Origin: Candidatus Eiseniibacteriota bacterium
GTDB taxonomy: Bacteria; Eisenbacteria; RBG-16-71-46
NCBI GenBank assembly: GCA_963707915.1
Contig: OY970178.1
Location: 672,001 to 736,000 of the forward strand
Reading direction: 5' to 3'
DNA: 64,000 nucleotides
The translations under genes were made by a program, and so were the position numbers. Position 1 is the first letter of the stretch. Every line of letters begins with the position of its first letter. Under the pieces are notes generated by a model, which had not been told where the DNA came from, searched no databases, and worked only from the letters and a program-made list of their open reading frames with translations. This document shows, one piece after another, positions 37,462 through 46,912 of the stretch.

Positions 37462-39201
37462 ATGGAAGGCTCCATCCGGCGGCTGCCGCCCGAGACCGCC
37501 TCCCGCATCGCGGCGGGGGAGGTCATCGAGCGGCCGCTCTCGGCCCTGAAGGAGATCCTCGAGAACGCGCTCGATTCCGGGGCGCGCTCGGTCGAAGTGC
37601 GCGTGGAGCGGGCGCTCGACCACCTCTTCGCGGTCGCCGATGACGGCTCCGGCATCCGCGCCGACGAGCTGGACCTGGCGCTGGAACGTCACGCGACGAG
37701 CAAGCTCGCGCGCCTCGAGGACCTCGACCGCCTCGCCTCCCTCGGGTTTCGCGGCGAGGCCCTGCCGAGCGTCGCGGCGGTGAGCCGGCTGCGGCTCACC
37801 AGCCGCCCCGCCGCCTCGGCGTCCGCCGCCTTCGTCGCGCTCGAGGGGGGCGCGGTCACCGACCGCGGCAGCGCGGCGCGTGCGCCCGGGACCACGGTCG
37901 AGGTCGCGGAGTTGTTCTACAACACGCCGGCGCGGCGCAAGTTCCTGACCTCGCCGACCAGCGAGTTGCGCGCGGCCCTGCGGCTGCTGGAGGCCTACGC
38001 GCTGGCCTATCCGCAGGTCGGCTTCCGGCTGGTGGTGGACTCCAAGGAGCGGCTGCAGTGGCCCGCCGTGCCGGGGACGGGCCTCGCGTCCCGGCGCGAC
38101 CGCGCCTCCGCGCTCTGGGGGGCCCGCCACGCCACGCAGTTGCTCGAGGTGGAGGCCGAGCGCGAGGGCATGAGGATCGAGGCGCTGCTCGGGCTTCCCG
38201 AGCACGCGCGCGCCACGCGCGAGGGGCAGATCTACATCGTGAACGGGCGCTGGATCCAGAGCCCCATGCTGGGTGCGGCGCTGCGGCAGGCCTACGGCAA
38301 CCTGCTCCCGCCGGGACGCTTCCCCGCGGCGACGCTGTGGCTCACGGTGCCCCCCGAGCGACTCGACGTCAACGTGCACCCGACCAAGCGCGAGGTGCGC
38401 TTCGCGGACGAGGACCGCGTCTTCTCACTGGTCACCTCGGCCTGCTCCCGGCCCCTGTCCCAGGTCGCGCCGCCCTTCGCGGTCGTGGCCGGCGGCACGC
38501 GGGAGACCGGTGCGTACCCGGCGTGGTCCGAGCGCGTGCGCGAAGGGCCGCCGGAACAGACCTACCTCGGCCTCGAGCTCCCGGGTGCACCCGCGACGGC
38601 CGCCCCGCCGGCCGCGCCCGCCGCCGGGGCCGAGCCCGTGCTCTGGCAGCTCCACCAGACCTACGTGCTGGCCCCGGTGCGGGGCGGCCTGGTGATCATC
38701 GACCAGCACGCCGCGCACGAGCGCATCCTCTACGAGGAGGCGCTGGCGCGGCTGCAGGGCGAGCACGGGGTCGCGCAGCAGCTGCTCTTTCCGACGCTGG
38801 TGGACCTCACCAACGACCAGTTCGAGCTGCTGCTCGAGCTGGGCCCGTACCTCAAGCAACTGGGCTGGGACCTCTCCCTGCTGGGCCCGCCCACCGTGGT
38901 CGTCCAGGGCGTGCCCTCCGGGCTGCGCCACGAGCGCCCGGGCCAGCTCCTCCAGGACGTCCTCGACGGCATGAACGAGAGCACCGGCCGTTCCCCGGAC
39001 GAGGACCTCTCGCACCGGCTCGCCGCGTCCTGGGCCTGCCATGCCGCGACCCGCGCCGGCGACCCGCTCACGCAGGAAGAGATGCGCTCGCTGGTGGACC
39101 GGCTGTTCGCCACCTCGCGGCCCCACGGCGACCCGCACGGGCGCGTCACCTTCGTGCGGCTCGACCTCGACGAGCTGCACCGGCGCTTCGGCCGGGCGTA
39201 G
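37462..39201 (+). CDS. mutL: DNA mismatch repair endonuclease MutL
   Basis: IAAGEVIERP, ENALDSGA, HATSK, LGFRGEAL, DVNVHPTK, endonuclease motif DQHAAHERILYE, ACH, PHGR. Confidence 0.97.
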   Translation: MEGSIRRLPPETASRIAAGEVIERPLSALKEILENALDSGARSVEVRVERALDHLFAVADDGSGIRADELDLALERHATSKLARLEDLDRLASLGFRGEALPSVAAVSRLRLTSRPAASASAAFVALEGGAVTDRGSAARAPGTTVEVAELFYNTPARRKFLTSPTSELRAALRLLEAYALAYPQVGFRLVVDSKERLQWPAVPGTGLASRRDRASALWGARHATQLLEVEAEREGMRIEALLGLPEHARATREGQIYIVNGRWIQSPMLGAALRQAYGNLLPPGRFPAATLWLTVPPERLDVNVHPTKREVRFADEDRVFSLVTSACSRPLSQVAPPFAVVAGGTRETGAYPAWSERVREGPPEQTYLGLELPGAPATAAPPAAPAAGAEPVLWQLHQTYVLAPVRGGLVIIDQHAAHERILYEEALARLQGEHGVAQQLLFPTLVDLTNDQFELLLELGPYLKQLGWDLSLLGPPTVVVQGVPSGLRHERPGQLLQDVLDGMNESTGRSPDEDLSHRLAASWACHAATRAGDPLTQEEMRSLVDRLFATSRPHGDPHGRVTFVRLDLDELHRRFGRA

Positions 39202-39205
39202 TCCC

Positions 39206-40147
39206 GTGGCCGCGCCCCGCGTCATCGCCGTCGTCGGCGCGACCGCCACCGGCAAGACCGACCTCGGCGAGGCGCTGGCCGATGCGATCGGCGGCGAGGT
39301 GGTGTGCGCCGACTCGCGCCAGGTCTTCCGCGAGCTCGAGATCGGCACCGGCAAGCCGTCGGCCGCCGAGCGCGGGACGCGGCCGCACCACCTGTTCGAC
39401 GCGCTCGAGCTCGGGCAACGGCCGAGCGCCGGCTGGTACGCGAAGGCGGCCGGCGCGGTCTGCGGGGCGATCCACTCGCGCGGCCGCACTCCCGTGCTGG
39501 TGGGCGGCTCGGGGCTCTGGCTGCGCGCCGCCCAGCACGGCCTCTCGGGGGAGCCGCCGCACGACGCCGCGGTGCGGGCCCGCGTCCAGGCGGAGCTGGA
39601 CGCGGCCGGCCCCGAAGCACTGCACGAACGACTGGCCGCCGTCGACCCGGTCACCGCCGCGCGGCTCTCGCCCCGCGACCGCCAGCGCGTCACGCGCGCG
39701 CTCGAGGTCCACGAGGCCAGCGGCCGGCCGCTCTCGTGGTGGCACGAGCGCGAGGGCGAGCCCGCGGTGGTGGGGGAGTGGGCGGTGCTGGAACTGGCGC
39801 TGCCGTCACCGGAGCTGGACGGGCGGATCGAGCGGCGCACGCGCTGGATGTTCGAGAACGGGCTGGTCGACGAGACGCGGGCGCTGGTCGGGGCGGGAAA
39901 GGCGGAGCCGCTGCGGGCGCTGCGCGCCGTGGGCTACGACGAGGCGCTCGACCTGATCGCGGGAGGAATCGGTCGCGCCGAGGCCGAGGCACGCACGAGC
40001 CTGCGCACCCGCCAGCTGGCCAAGCGCCAGCGGACCTGGTTCCGGCACCAGGGCGAGGCGATCCGGCTGGAGGCCGGCGGGCCCGCGGGTGGCCGGCTCC
40101 TCGAGGCCGCACTGCGGGCGCTGGGCCCCGGCCGGGCACGATCCTGA
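39206..40147 (+). CDS. miaA: tRNA dimethylallyltransferase
   Basis: GATATGKT, DSRQVFR, IGTGKP, HHL, VGGSGL, AKRQRTWFR; mutL-miaA synteny. Confidence 0.95.
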   Translation: MAAPRVIAVVGATATGKTDLGEALADAIGGEVVCADSRQVFRELEIGTGKPSAAERGTRPHHLFDALELGQRPSAGWYAKAAGAVCGAIHSRGRTPVLVGGSGLWLRAAQHGLSGEPPHDAAVRARVQAELDAAGPEALHERLAAVDPVTAARLSPRDRQRVTRALEVHEASGRPLSWWHEREGEPAVVGEWAVLELALPSPELDGRIERRTRWMFENGLVDETRALVGAGKAEPLRALRAVGYDEALDLIAGGIGRAEAEARTSLRTRQLAKRQRTWFRHQGEAIRLEAGGPAGGRLLEAALRALGPGRARS

Positions 40148-40161
40148 GCGCCCCAGCCCGG

Positions 40162-40190
40162 TTGACACCATCGCGTTCGGGCACTAGGTT
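40162..40190 (+). promoter_or_regulatory. sigma70 promoter for tRNA-Gly/der
   Basis: TTGACA-N17-TAGGTT. Confidence 0.65.
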
Positions 40191-40220
40191 CAGCCCCGGC
40201 TTGAAGCGGACCTCGTGTGG

Positions 40221-40296
40221 GCGGGCATAGCTCAGTTGGTAGAGCGCGAGCTTCCCAAGCTTGAGGTCGCGGGTTCGACCCCCGTTGCCCGCTCCA
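40221..40296 (+). tRNA. tRNA-Gly (CCC)
   Basis: GCGGGCA acceptor pairs with TGCCCGC; D-arm GCTCAGTTGGTAGAGC; anticodon loop TTCCCAA; GTTCGA T-loop; encoded CCA. Confidence 0.96.
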
Positions 40297-40371
40297 TATC
40301 ATCATGGCCTGAGGCGCACCGGCGCGGGTGGAACATCCTGCCGGCGCGTCGAGCCTTCCGAGGAGGCTTCC

Positions 40372-41697
40372 CTGGCCGCACCCGCGACTCGACAGCCCAT
40401 CGTGGCCATCATCGGCCGCCCGAACGTCGGCAAGTCGACGTTCTTCAACCGCGTGCTCGGCGAGCGTCGCGCGGTGGTGCACGACCGGCCCGGGATCACC
40501 CGCGACCGCAACACCGCGCAGGCCGATTGGGCCGGCTACACCTTCCTGCTGGTGGACACCGGCGGCTTCCTGCCCGGCGCTGCCGAGGGCCGCGACGCGC
40601 GGGTCCGCCGCCAGGCCGAGATCGCCATCGAGCTGGCCGACGCGGTGATCTTCATGGTGGACGTCAAGACCGGCGTGACGGACCTGGACGTCGCCATCGC
40701 CCGCGATCTGCGCCGCCGCCAGGTGAAGAGCCTGCTCGTGGTCAACAAGGTGGACAAGCCGGGCGACCTCGGCACCCATGACTTCCACCGCCTCGGGCTG
40801 GGCGTGCCCCAGCCGGTCTCATCGGAGAACGGCTTCGGTGTCGGCGACCTGCTGGACGAGGTGGTCGCGCTGCTGCCCGGGCGCTCCGAGGAACTGGCGC
40901 CCCCGAGCACGCGGGTCGCCATCGTGGGACGGCCCAACGTCGGCAAGTCGTCGATCGTGAACATGCTGCTGCGCGAGGACCGTGTCCTGGTGGAGCCCCT
41001 GGCCGGCACCACGATGGACGCCATCGACACCGAGTGGAAGACCCCCGCCGGCACCTTCACCCTGATCGACACGGCCGGCATCCGCCGCGAGTCGCGCTAC
41101 CAGGACGAGGCCGAGTTCTATGCCGTGGTGAGGGCGCTGAACGCCCTGCAGCGCGCGGACGTCGCCTGCCTGGTCCTGGACGCGACGCAGGGGTTCCTCA
41201 AGCAGGAGGCCCGGCTCGCGCACAACGCCCTGGACGCCGGCTGCGCGCTGTTGCTGGTCTACAACAAGTGGGACCTGATCGAGGGCCGGCACGAGGCCTG
41301 GGAGCGCCTGACGCTCGAGCGGACCGACCGCTACCCGACGCTCAAGGACCTCCCCGCGGTCCCGGTGTCGGCCACCGAGAAGATCAACCTCGGCCGCCTT
41401 CCGAAGCTCATCCTGCAGCGCGTCGAGGAGCACTCGCGCAAGATCCCCACCCGCGCGCTGAACGACTGGCTGGAGCAGGTGCAGCGGCAGCGCGGCGTGC
41501 CGTCCACCGGGAGCGGACTCATCCCCAAGCTGTACTACATCGCCCAGACCGGCTCCTCGCCGCCCGAGTTCACCCTGTTCGTGAACCACCCGCAGCGGCT
41601 CAACGACAACTACCGCCGCTTCCTCTGGCTGCGCTTCGCGGAGCACTTCGGCTTCCACGGCACGCCGCTGAAGATGCGCGTGCGCAAGAGCGAGTAG
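40372..41697 (+). CDS. der: Ribosome biogenesis GTPase Der (EngA), probable CTG start
   Basis: Two GRPNVGKS G-domains, DTGG/DTAG, NKVD/NKWD, C-terminal KH-like domain (PPEFTLFVN, FGFHGTP). Confidence 0.95.
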   Translation: MAAPATRQPIVAIIGRPNVGKSTFFNRVLGERRAVVHDRPGITRDRNTAQADWAGYTFLLVDTGGFLPGAAEGRDARVRRQAEIAIELADAVIFMVDVKTGVTDLDVAIARDLRRRQVKSLLVVNKVDKPGDLGTHDFHRLGLGVPQPVSSENGFGVGDLLDEVVALLPGRSEELAPPSTRVAIVGRPNVGKSSIVNMLLREDRVLVEPLAGTTMDAIDTEWKTPAGTFTLIDTAGIRRESRYQDEAEFYAVVRALNALQRADVACLVLDATQGFLKQEARLAHNALDAGCALLLVYNKWDLIEGRHEAWERLTLERTDRYPTLKDLPAVPVSATEKINLGRLPKLILQRVEEHSRKIPTRALNDWLEQVQRQRGVPSTGSGLIPKLYYIAQTGSSPPEFTLFVNHPQRLNDNYRRFLWLRFAEHFGFHGTPLKMRVRKSE

Positions 41698-41701
41698 CGC
41701 G

Positions 41702-42340
41702 GTGGCCGCGGCCCTGCTGCTGTGCGTCGCCATCGCCTACGGGAGCGGCTCGCTGCCCTGGGGACTGTGGATCGGCCGGCTGGCGCGCGGCGTGGACGTC
41801 CGCACGATCGGCTCCGGCAACCTGGGGGCCACGAACGTCTACCGCTCCCTGGGCCCCGCGCTCGGCATCCTCACGCTCGTCCTGGACATCGCGAAGGGGG
41901 CATTGCCGGTGTGGCTGCTGCCGCACGCCGCCTTCGCCGCGGCGTTCCCGGGCGGTCCCGAGTGGTGCCGGCTGGCCGTGGGGGTCGCCGCGGTGGCCGG
42001 GCACGTCTGGACCTGCCTGGCCGGCTTCAAGGGCGGCAAGGGCGTGGCCACCACCACGGGCGTGCTGCTCGCGCTGGCCCCCGTCGCCTTCGGCGTCTTC
42101 GTGGGGGTCTTCCTGCTCACCCTGGCGGCCACGCGCTTCGTCTCGCTGGGCTCGACGCTGGGCGCGCTCGCCTTCGCCGTGGCGCTCGGCTTCCTGGCGC
42201 CGGGCGGCCTGCGCAGCCCCACGTTCCTGCTGGGCCTGTTGCTCGCGGTGCTCGTGGTGTTCCGGCACCGCGACAACTTTCGCCGGCTCGCGCGCGGCGA
42301 GGAGCGACGCTTCTCGTTCCGGGGAGGGCGGACGTCATGA
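41702..42340 (+). CDS. plsY: Glycerol-3-phosphate acyltransferase PlsY
   Basis: GSGNLGATNVYR, DIAKG, GH..., FKGGKGVAT, HRDNFRRL. Confidence 0.95.
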   Translation: MAAALLLCVAIAYGSGSLPWGLWIGRLARGVDVRTIGSGNLGATNVYRSLGPALGILTLVLDIAKGALPVWLLPHAAFAAAFPGGPEWCRLAVGVAAVAGHVWTCLAGFKGGKGVATTTGVLLALAPVAFGVFVGVFLLTLAATRFVSLGSTLGALAFAVALGFLAPGGLRSPTFLLGLLLAVLVVFRHRDNFRRLARGEERRFSFRGGRTS

Positions 42341-43326
42341 GCACCGTGGCGGTGCTGGGGGCCGGCTCCTGGGGAACGACGCTGGCGATCCACCTGTGCC
42401 GGGCCGGGTCCGACGTCCGGCTCTGGTGCAACGTGCAGGCGGACCTCGAGGCCATGCTCCGCGACCGGGAGAACCGGAAGTTTTTGGCTGGCATCAGGCT
42501 CCCCGATGGGGTTAAGGTTCTACCGGAGCTGGAGGCCGCGCTCGAGTCGGCGGATTTCACGTTTTACGTGGTGCCCTCGCAGGCGGTCCGCGAGGTGGCG
42601 CGCAAGGTCGCTCTCGTCGGGCACGGCGGCGTGCCGGTGTGCGCGGCCAAGGGCCTCGAGCTCGGCAGCCTCAAGCGCATGAGCGAGGTGCTCTCGGAGT
42701 GCCTCGGCGATCCCGGCCCGGTGGTCCTCACGGGCCCGAGCCACGCCGAGGAGGTCAGTCGCGGCATCCCGACCACGGTGGTGGCCGCCGCGGCGGACGA
42801 ATCGCGGGGCCGGGCGGTGCAGTTGCTGTGCTCGACACCGGCGTTCCGCGTCTACACGAACACCGACGTCGTCGGCTGCGAGTACGCCGCGGCGTTGAAG
42901 AACGTCATGGCGATCGCCGCCGGGGTGTGCGACGGCATCGGCTGGGGGGACAACACCAAGGGCGCGCTGCTCACGCGGGGGCTGGCCGAGATCTCGCGAC
43001 TGGGCGTCGCACTCGGCGGGCGCCGCGAGACCTTCTTCGGGCTCGCGGGCCTGGGGGACCTGATCACGACGGCCATGAGCCGCCATAGCCGGAACCGGCA
43101 CGTGGGGGAGGAGATCGGGCGCGGCCGCCCGCTCGCCGACGTGCTGGGGGACATGGTGATGGTCGCGGAAGGCGTGACCACCGCCCGCGCGGCCCGCGAC
43201 CTGGGCCGGGCACACGAGGTCGAGTTGCCGATCACGGAACAGGTGTGCGCGATGCTGTTCGAGGGCCGCAGCCCCCGCGAGGCGGTGCAGAGCCTCATGA
43301 CGCGAGACCTGAAGAGCGAGCAGTGA
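42337..43326 (+). CDS. gpsA: NAD(P)H-dependent glycerol-3-phosphate dehydrogenase
   Basis: GAGSWGT, KGLE, GPSHAEEV, ALKNVMAIAAG, GLGDLITT, SRNR, VAEGV. Confidence 0.96.
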   Translation: MSTVAVLGAGSWGTTLAIHLCRAGSDVRLWCNVQADLEAMLRDRENRKFLAGIRLPDGVKVLPELEAALESADFTFYVVPSQAVREVARKVALVGHGGVPVCAAKGLELGSLKRMSEVLSECLGDPGPVVLTGPSHAEEVSRGIPTTVVAAAADESRGRAVQLLCSTPAFRVYTNTDVVGCEYAAALKNVMAIAAGVCDGIGWGDNTKGALLTRGLAEISRLGVALGGRRETFFGLAGLGDLITTAMSRHSRNRHVGEEIGRGRPLADVLGDMVMVAEGVTTARAARDLGRAHEVELPITEQVCAMLFEGRSPREAVQSLMTRDLKSEQ

Positions 43327-43388
43327 AACCCGCATCGCCCGCGCCACGCCGCGGCGGGACCGGCACGGGCCGGCAGGGGAGGATCGAA

Positions 43389-43778
43389 TTGTCGCCGCTC
43401 AAGACGGAACCCGAGTCCGAGTCCAGGCTCTACCGGCCCATCAGCGATGTCGCCGAGGTCGTCGGCGTGAAGCCGCACGTGCTGCGTTACTGGGAGACGC
43501 AGTTCAGCATGCTGCGCCCCAAGAAGAACCGGGCCGGGAACCGCATGTACCGGCCCGACGAGGTGAAGCTGCTGTTCCGGATCAAGGAGCTGCTCTATGA
43601 CCGGCGCTTCACCATCGCCGGTGCGAAGCGGCACCTGCTGGACCTGCGCAAGGAGCCCGCGCCGCAGCAGGTGGAACTGGTCTTCGGCGAGGCCGAGAAG
43701 AAGCTCGCGATCCACGAGGTGAAGACCGAGCTCAAGCAACTCCTCAGCCGCCTGCGCAAGCCGGGGCTGCACGCCTGA
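43389..43778 (+). CDS. MerR-family HTH transcriptional regulator
   Basis: [35 protein letters not shown]...FTIAGA; TTG start with GGAGG SD. Confidence 0.9.
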   Translation: MSPLKTEPESESRLYRPISDVAEVVGVKPHVLRYWETQFSMLRPKKNRAGNRMYRPDEVKLLFRIKELLYDRRFTIAGAKRHLLDLRKEPAPQQVELVFGEAEKKLAIHEVKTELKQLLSRLRKPGLHA

Positions 43779-43856
43779 TCGGCGCCCCGGCCCCGCCCGG
43801 ACGCCCACTTGCGCGATGGGCCGCGGTCGCATAGATTCACGTCGCAACGCATCGGT

Positions 43857-43933
43857 CGGGGCGTAGCGCAGCCCGGTAGCGCACCTGCATGGGGGGCAGG
43901 GGGTCGAAGGTTCAAATCCTTTCGCCCCGACCA
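43857..43933 (+). tRNA. tRNA-Pro (GGG)
   Basis: CGGGGCG...CGCCCCGACCA; anticodon arm CCTGC-ATGGGGG-GCAGG; GGTTCAAATCC; upstream TTGCGC-N17-TAGATT promoter. Confidence 0.95.
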
Positions 43934-44020
43934 CTTTCACTGCGGCGTTCCCCACGCCGCCCGGCGCACCCCGCGCCTCCCGCCTCGCCCGCCCCGCGCC
44001 TTGACCGCGCTCCGTTCGTC

Positions 44021-44048
44021 GTGTTACGAAGTGCGCGAAAGGTCACAC
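44021..44048 (+). promoter_or_regulatory. Putative NikR operator
   Basis: Imperfect palindrome GTGTTA-N16-TCACAC (E. coli NikR site GTATGA-N16-TCATAC), overlapping the -10 region downstream of TTGACC at 44001. Confidence 0.6.
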
Positions 44049-44049
44049 C

Positions 44050-44466
44050 ATGAACAGACCCCCGCTCACCCGGTTCACCATCTCGATGCCACGCGTCCTG
44101 GCCGGGCAACTCGACTCCATGGCCAGGGCCAAGGGCTACGCCAACCGCTCCCAGGCGGTCGCGGACATGGTCCGCGCCCACCTGCTGGAACATCGCGCGC
44201 AGGCCGGGACCCACGAGATCGCCGGCACCATCACGCTGGTCTACGACCACCACCGGCGGAACATCCAGGCGCTCCTGACGAACCTCCAGCACGACCACGG
44301 CGACCTCATCGTGGCCACGCTGCACGTCCACCTGAGCCACCACGACTGCATGGAGGTGCTCGCGGTGCGCGGGCCGGCGGATGCCGTGAAGCGCCTGGCC
44401 GACCGCCTCACCGCCGCGAAGGGTGTCACGCACGGCCGGCTGACCGTGACGACGACCGGCGAGTAG
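44050..44466 (+). CDS. nikR: Nickel-responsive regulator NikR
   Basis: RFTISM (RHH), GYANRSQAV, GTITLVYDHH, QHDH, LHVHL.H.DCMEV. Confidence 0.95.
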   Translation: MNRPPLTRFTISMPRVLAGQLDSMARAKGYANRSQAVADMVRAHLLEHRAQAGTHEIAGTITLVYDHHRRNIQALLTNLQHDHGDLIVATLHVHLSHHDCMEVLAVRGPADAVKRLADRLTAAKGVTHGRLTVTTTGE

Positions 44467-44517
44467 CCCCGCGATCGCGCGGCGGCTGCCACCCGGCCCC
44501 GAGAAGGAGGGACCCCA

Positions 44518-45510
44518 GTGCACATCCCCGACGGCTTCCTCGACGCGAAGACGGCGGTGACGACCGGCGTGCTGGCGACCGCCGGCCTGGGGCTGGCGCT
44601 GGCAGCCGTGCGTCGCACCGTCCCCCCGCGGCGGATTCCGTTGATCGGCCTGGCGGCGGCCTTCGTCTTCGCCGCGCAGATGCTCAACTTCCCGGTCGCG
44701 GGCGGGACCTCGGGGCACCTCATCGGAGCCGTGCTCGCGGCGGTGCTGCTCGGTCCGGCCGCCGCGGTGCTGGTCATGAGCGCCGTGCTCATCCTGCAGT
44801 GCCTGATGTTCGCCGACGGGGGCGTGACGGCGCTCGGCGCGAACCTGTTCAACATGGCGCTGGTCGCGCCGACCGTGGGCTACGTCGTCTACCGCGTCCT
44901 GCGACGCGTCGCGGGGGAGGGGTTGCGCGGGCGGCTCTTCGCCACGGCCTTCGCCGCCTGGTCCTCGACCGTCGCCGCCGCGCTCTCCTGCGCCGGGCAG
45001 CTCGCGCTGTCGGGCACCGTCCCGCTGCGGGCCGCGCTGCCCGCGATGGGCGGCGTCCACATGTTCATCGGCCTCGGCGAGGCCGTCATCACCACCCTCG
45101 TGGTCGCGGCGGTCGCCCGGGCGCGCCCCGAGCTGCTGCTCGAACCGGCCGGACCGGGGCCACGGCCGCGCCTGGGCGAGCTCGCGGCGCGGGGTCTGCT
45201 GGTCGCGCTGGCGCTGGCGCTCTTCGTGGCGCCATTCGCCTCGCGCTGGCCCGACGGCCTCGAGCGGGTCGCCGCGACCCTGGGCTTCGAGCACCGGGCG
45301 GCGCCCCCCGTCCTCGCTTCCCCGCTCCGCGACTACCGCTTCCCCGGGATCGGCTCCGCCGCGCTCGCCACGGGCATCGCCGGCGGCGCCGGCACCCTGG
45401 TCGCGTTCGTCCTGGCCTGGTTGCTCGCCACCCTGCTGACGCCTTCCCGCGGCGCCGGCGCCCCGCGGGGCGGGAAGGGGCCCCATGGCGATGCGCCGCG
45501 CCCTGCTTGA
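44518..45510 (+). CDS. Ni/Co ECF transporter substrate component, CbiM/NikM fused to PDGLE (NikN) domain
   Basis: N-terminal MHIPDGFL metal-binding motif, GTSGHL, FADGG, PDGLE. Confidence 0.93.
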   Translation: MHIPDGFLDAKTAVTTGVLATAGLGLALAAVRRTVPPRRIPLIGLAAAFVFAAQMLNFPVAGGTSGHLIGAVLAAVLLGPAAAVLVMSAVLILQCLMFADGGVTALGANLFNMALVAPTVGYVVYRVLRRVAGEGLRGRLFATAFAAWSSTVAAALSCAGQLALSGTVPLRAALPAMGGVHMFIGLGEAVITTLVVAAVARARPELLLEPAGPGPRPRLGELAARGLLVALALALFVAPFASRWPDGLERVAATLGFEHRAAPPVLASPLRDYRFPGIGSAALATGIAGGAGTLVAFVLAWLLATLLTPSRGAGAPRGGKGPHGDAPRPA

Positions 45511-46105
45511 GCCGTACCAGCACCGCCCGAGCGCGATCCACCGGCTCCCGGCGGGGGTCAAGGCCGGCGCGGCGCTCGCGTTCGTGCTCGCCGTCGTTCT
45601 GCTGCCCCGCGCGTCGTGGGCCGCCTACGGGGCCGGGGCGGGGCTGCTGCTGCTGGTCGCCGGGCTCTCGCGCATCGCGCCGGCGGCGCTCGCCCGCCGG
45701 CTCCTGCTGGTCGAGCCCTTCGCCCTCGGCGTCGCGCTGCTCACGCTCCTGCAGCCGGACGGGGTCCGGGTCTTCGCCGTCACGCTGACCCGGAGCACGC
45801 TGTGCCTGTCCTGCATGGTGCTGCTCTCCGCCACGACGCGCTTCTCCGCCGTCCTCGGCGTGCTCCGGCGCGTCCGCGTCCCGTCCCTGCTGGTCACCAC
45901 GCTGGCGCTCATGCACCGCTACCTCTTCGTGCTCGCCGACGAGGGCGGCCGCATGGCGCGCGCCCGTCGCAGCCGCACCTTCACCGCGGACCGCGCGTCG
46001 GCCTGGCGCTCGTCCGCCTCGGTCATCGCGCACCTCTTCGTGCGCAGCAGCGAGCGCGCCGAGCGCATCTACGCGGCGATGTGTGCGCGGGGCTGGAGGA
46101 CATGA
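45485..46105 (+). CDS. ECF transporter T component (CbiQ/NikQ)
   Basis: SAIHRLP, RYLFVL, LFVRSSERAERIYAAMCARG. Confidence 0.9.
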   Translation: MAMRRALLEPYQHRPSAIHRLPAGVKAGAALAFVLAVVLLPRASWAAYGAGAGLLLLVAGLSRIAPAALARRLLLVEPFALGVALLTLLQPDGVRVFAVTLTRSTLCLSCMVLLSATTRFSAVLGVLRRVRVPSLLVTTLALMHRYLFVLADEGGRMARARRSRTFTADRASAWRSSASVIAHLFVRSSERAERIYAAMCARGWRT

Positions 46106-46850
46106 ACGCGCTGGAGGTCCGGGGCCTCGGCTACCGCTACCCCGACGGCACGACCGCCCTTCACGACGTCCGATTCGACGTGGCCGAAGGCGAACGCGTG
46201 GCGCTCATCGGTCCCAACGGCGCCGGCAAGTCCACGCTGCTGCTCCACCTCAACGGGCTGCTGCCCGAGCGTGCGGCCGCGGTCCCCGCCGTCCACGTCT
46301 TCGGCAACCCGGTCGCCGAGCCCCACCTGGCGGCCATCCGGGCCCGCGTCGGACTGCTGTTCCAGGACCCGGACGACCAGATCTTCTGCCCGACCGTGTG
46401 GGAGGACGTCGCGTTCGGCCCGCAGCAGCTCGGCCTGCGCGGGGCCGACCTCGCCGCCCGCGTGAACGCGGGCCCTCGACCAGGTCGGCCTCGCGGGCTT
46501 CGACGAGCGCCTGCCCCATCACCTCAGCCGGGGCGAGAAGCGCCGTGTCTGCCTGGCGGGCCTGCTCGCCTGCGAGGCCCGCCTGCTGGCGCTGGACGAG
46601 CCGACCAGCGACCTCGACCCGCGCGGCCGCCGGGAGCTGAAGGGCCTGCTCGCGAACCTCCCGGTGGCCCAGGTGATCGCGACCCACGACCTCGAGCTGG
46701 TGGTCGAGCTCTGCCCGCGCGTGATCGTGCTCGACCGGGGGAGCGTGGTGGCACAGGGGCCGACGCGCGGAGCTGCTCGCGGACGAGGACCTGATGCTGG
46801 CGCACGGCCTCGAGCGACCGCACGTCCTCCGCCACCGGCATCCGCACTGA
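46102..46850 (+). CDS. ECF transporter ATPase (CbiO/NikO), frameshifts near 46470 and 46770
   Basis: YRYPDG, GPNGAGKST, FQDPDDQIF; in another frame HLSRGEKRR, LDEPTSDLDP, ATHDL; His-rich end. Confidence 0.88.
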
Positions 46851-46912
46851 GCCCGCGGCGCCCCGGGCGCGGGCTTGCAAGTTGCCGGTCCGCGCCGCAA
46901 AGTGACTCCGAC

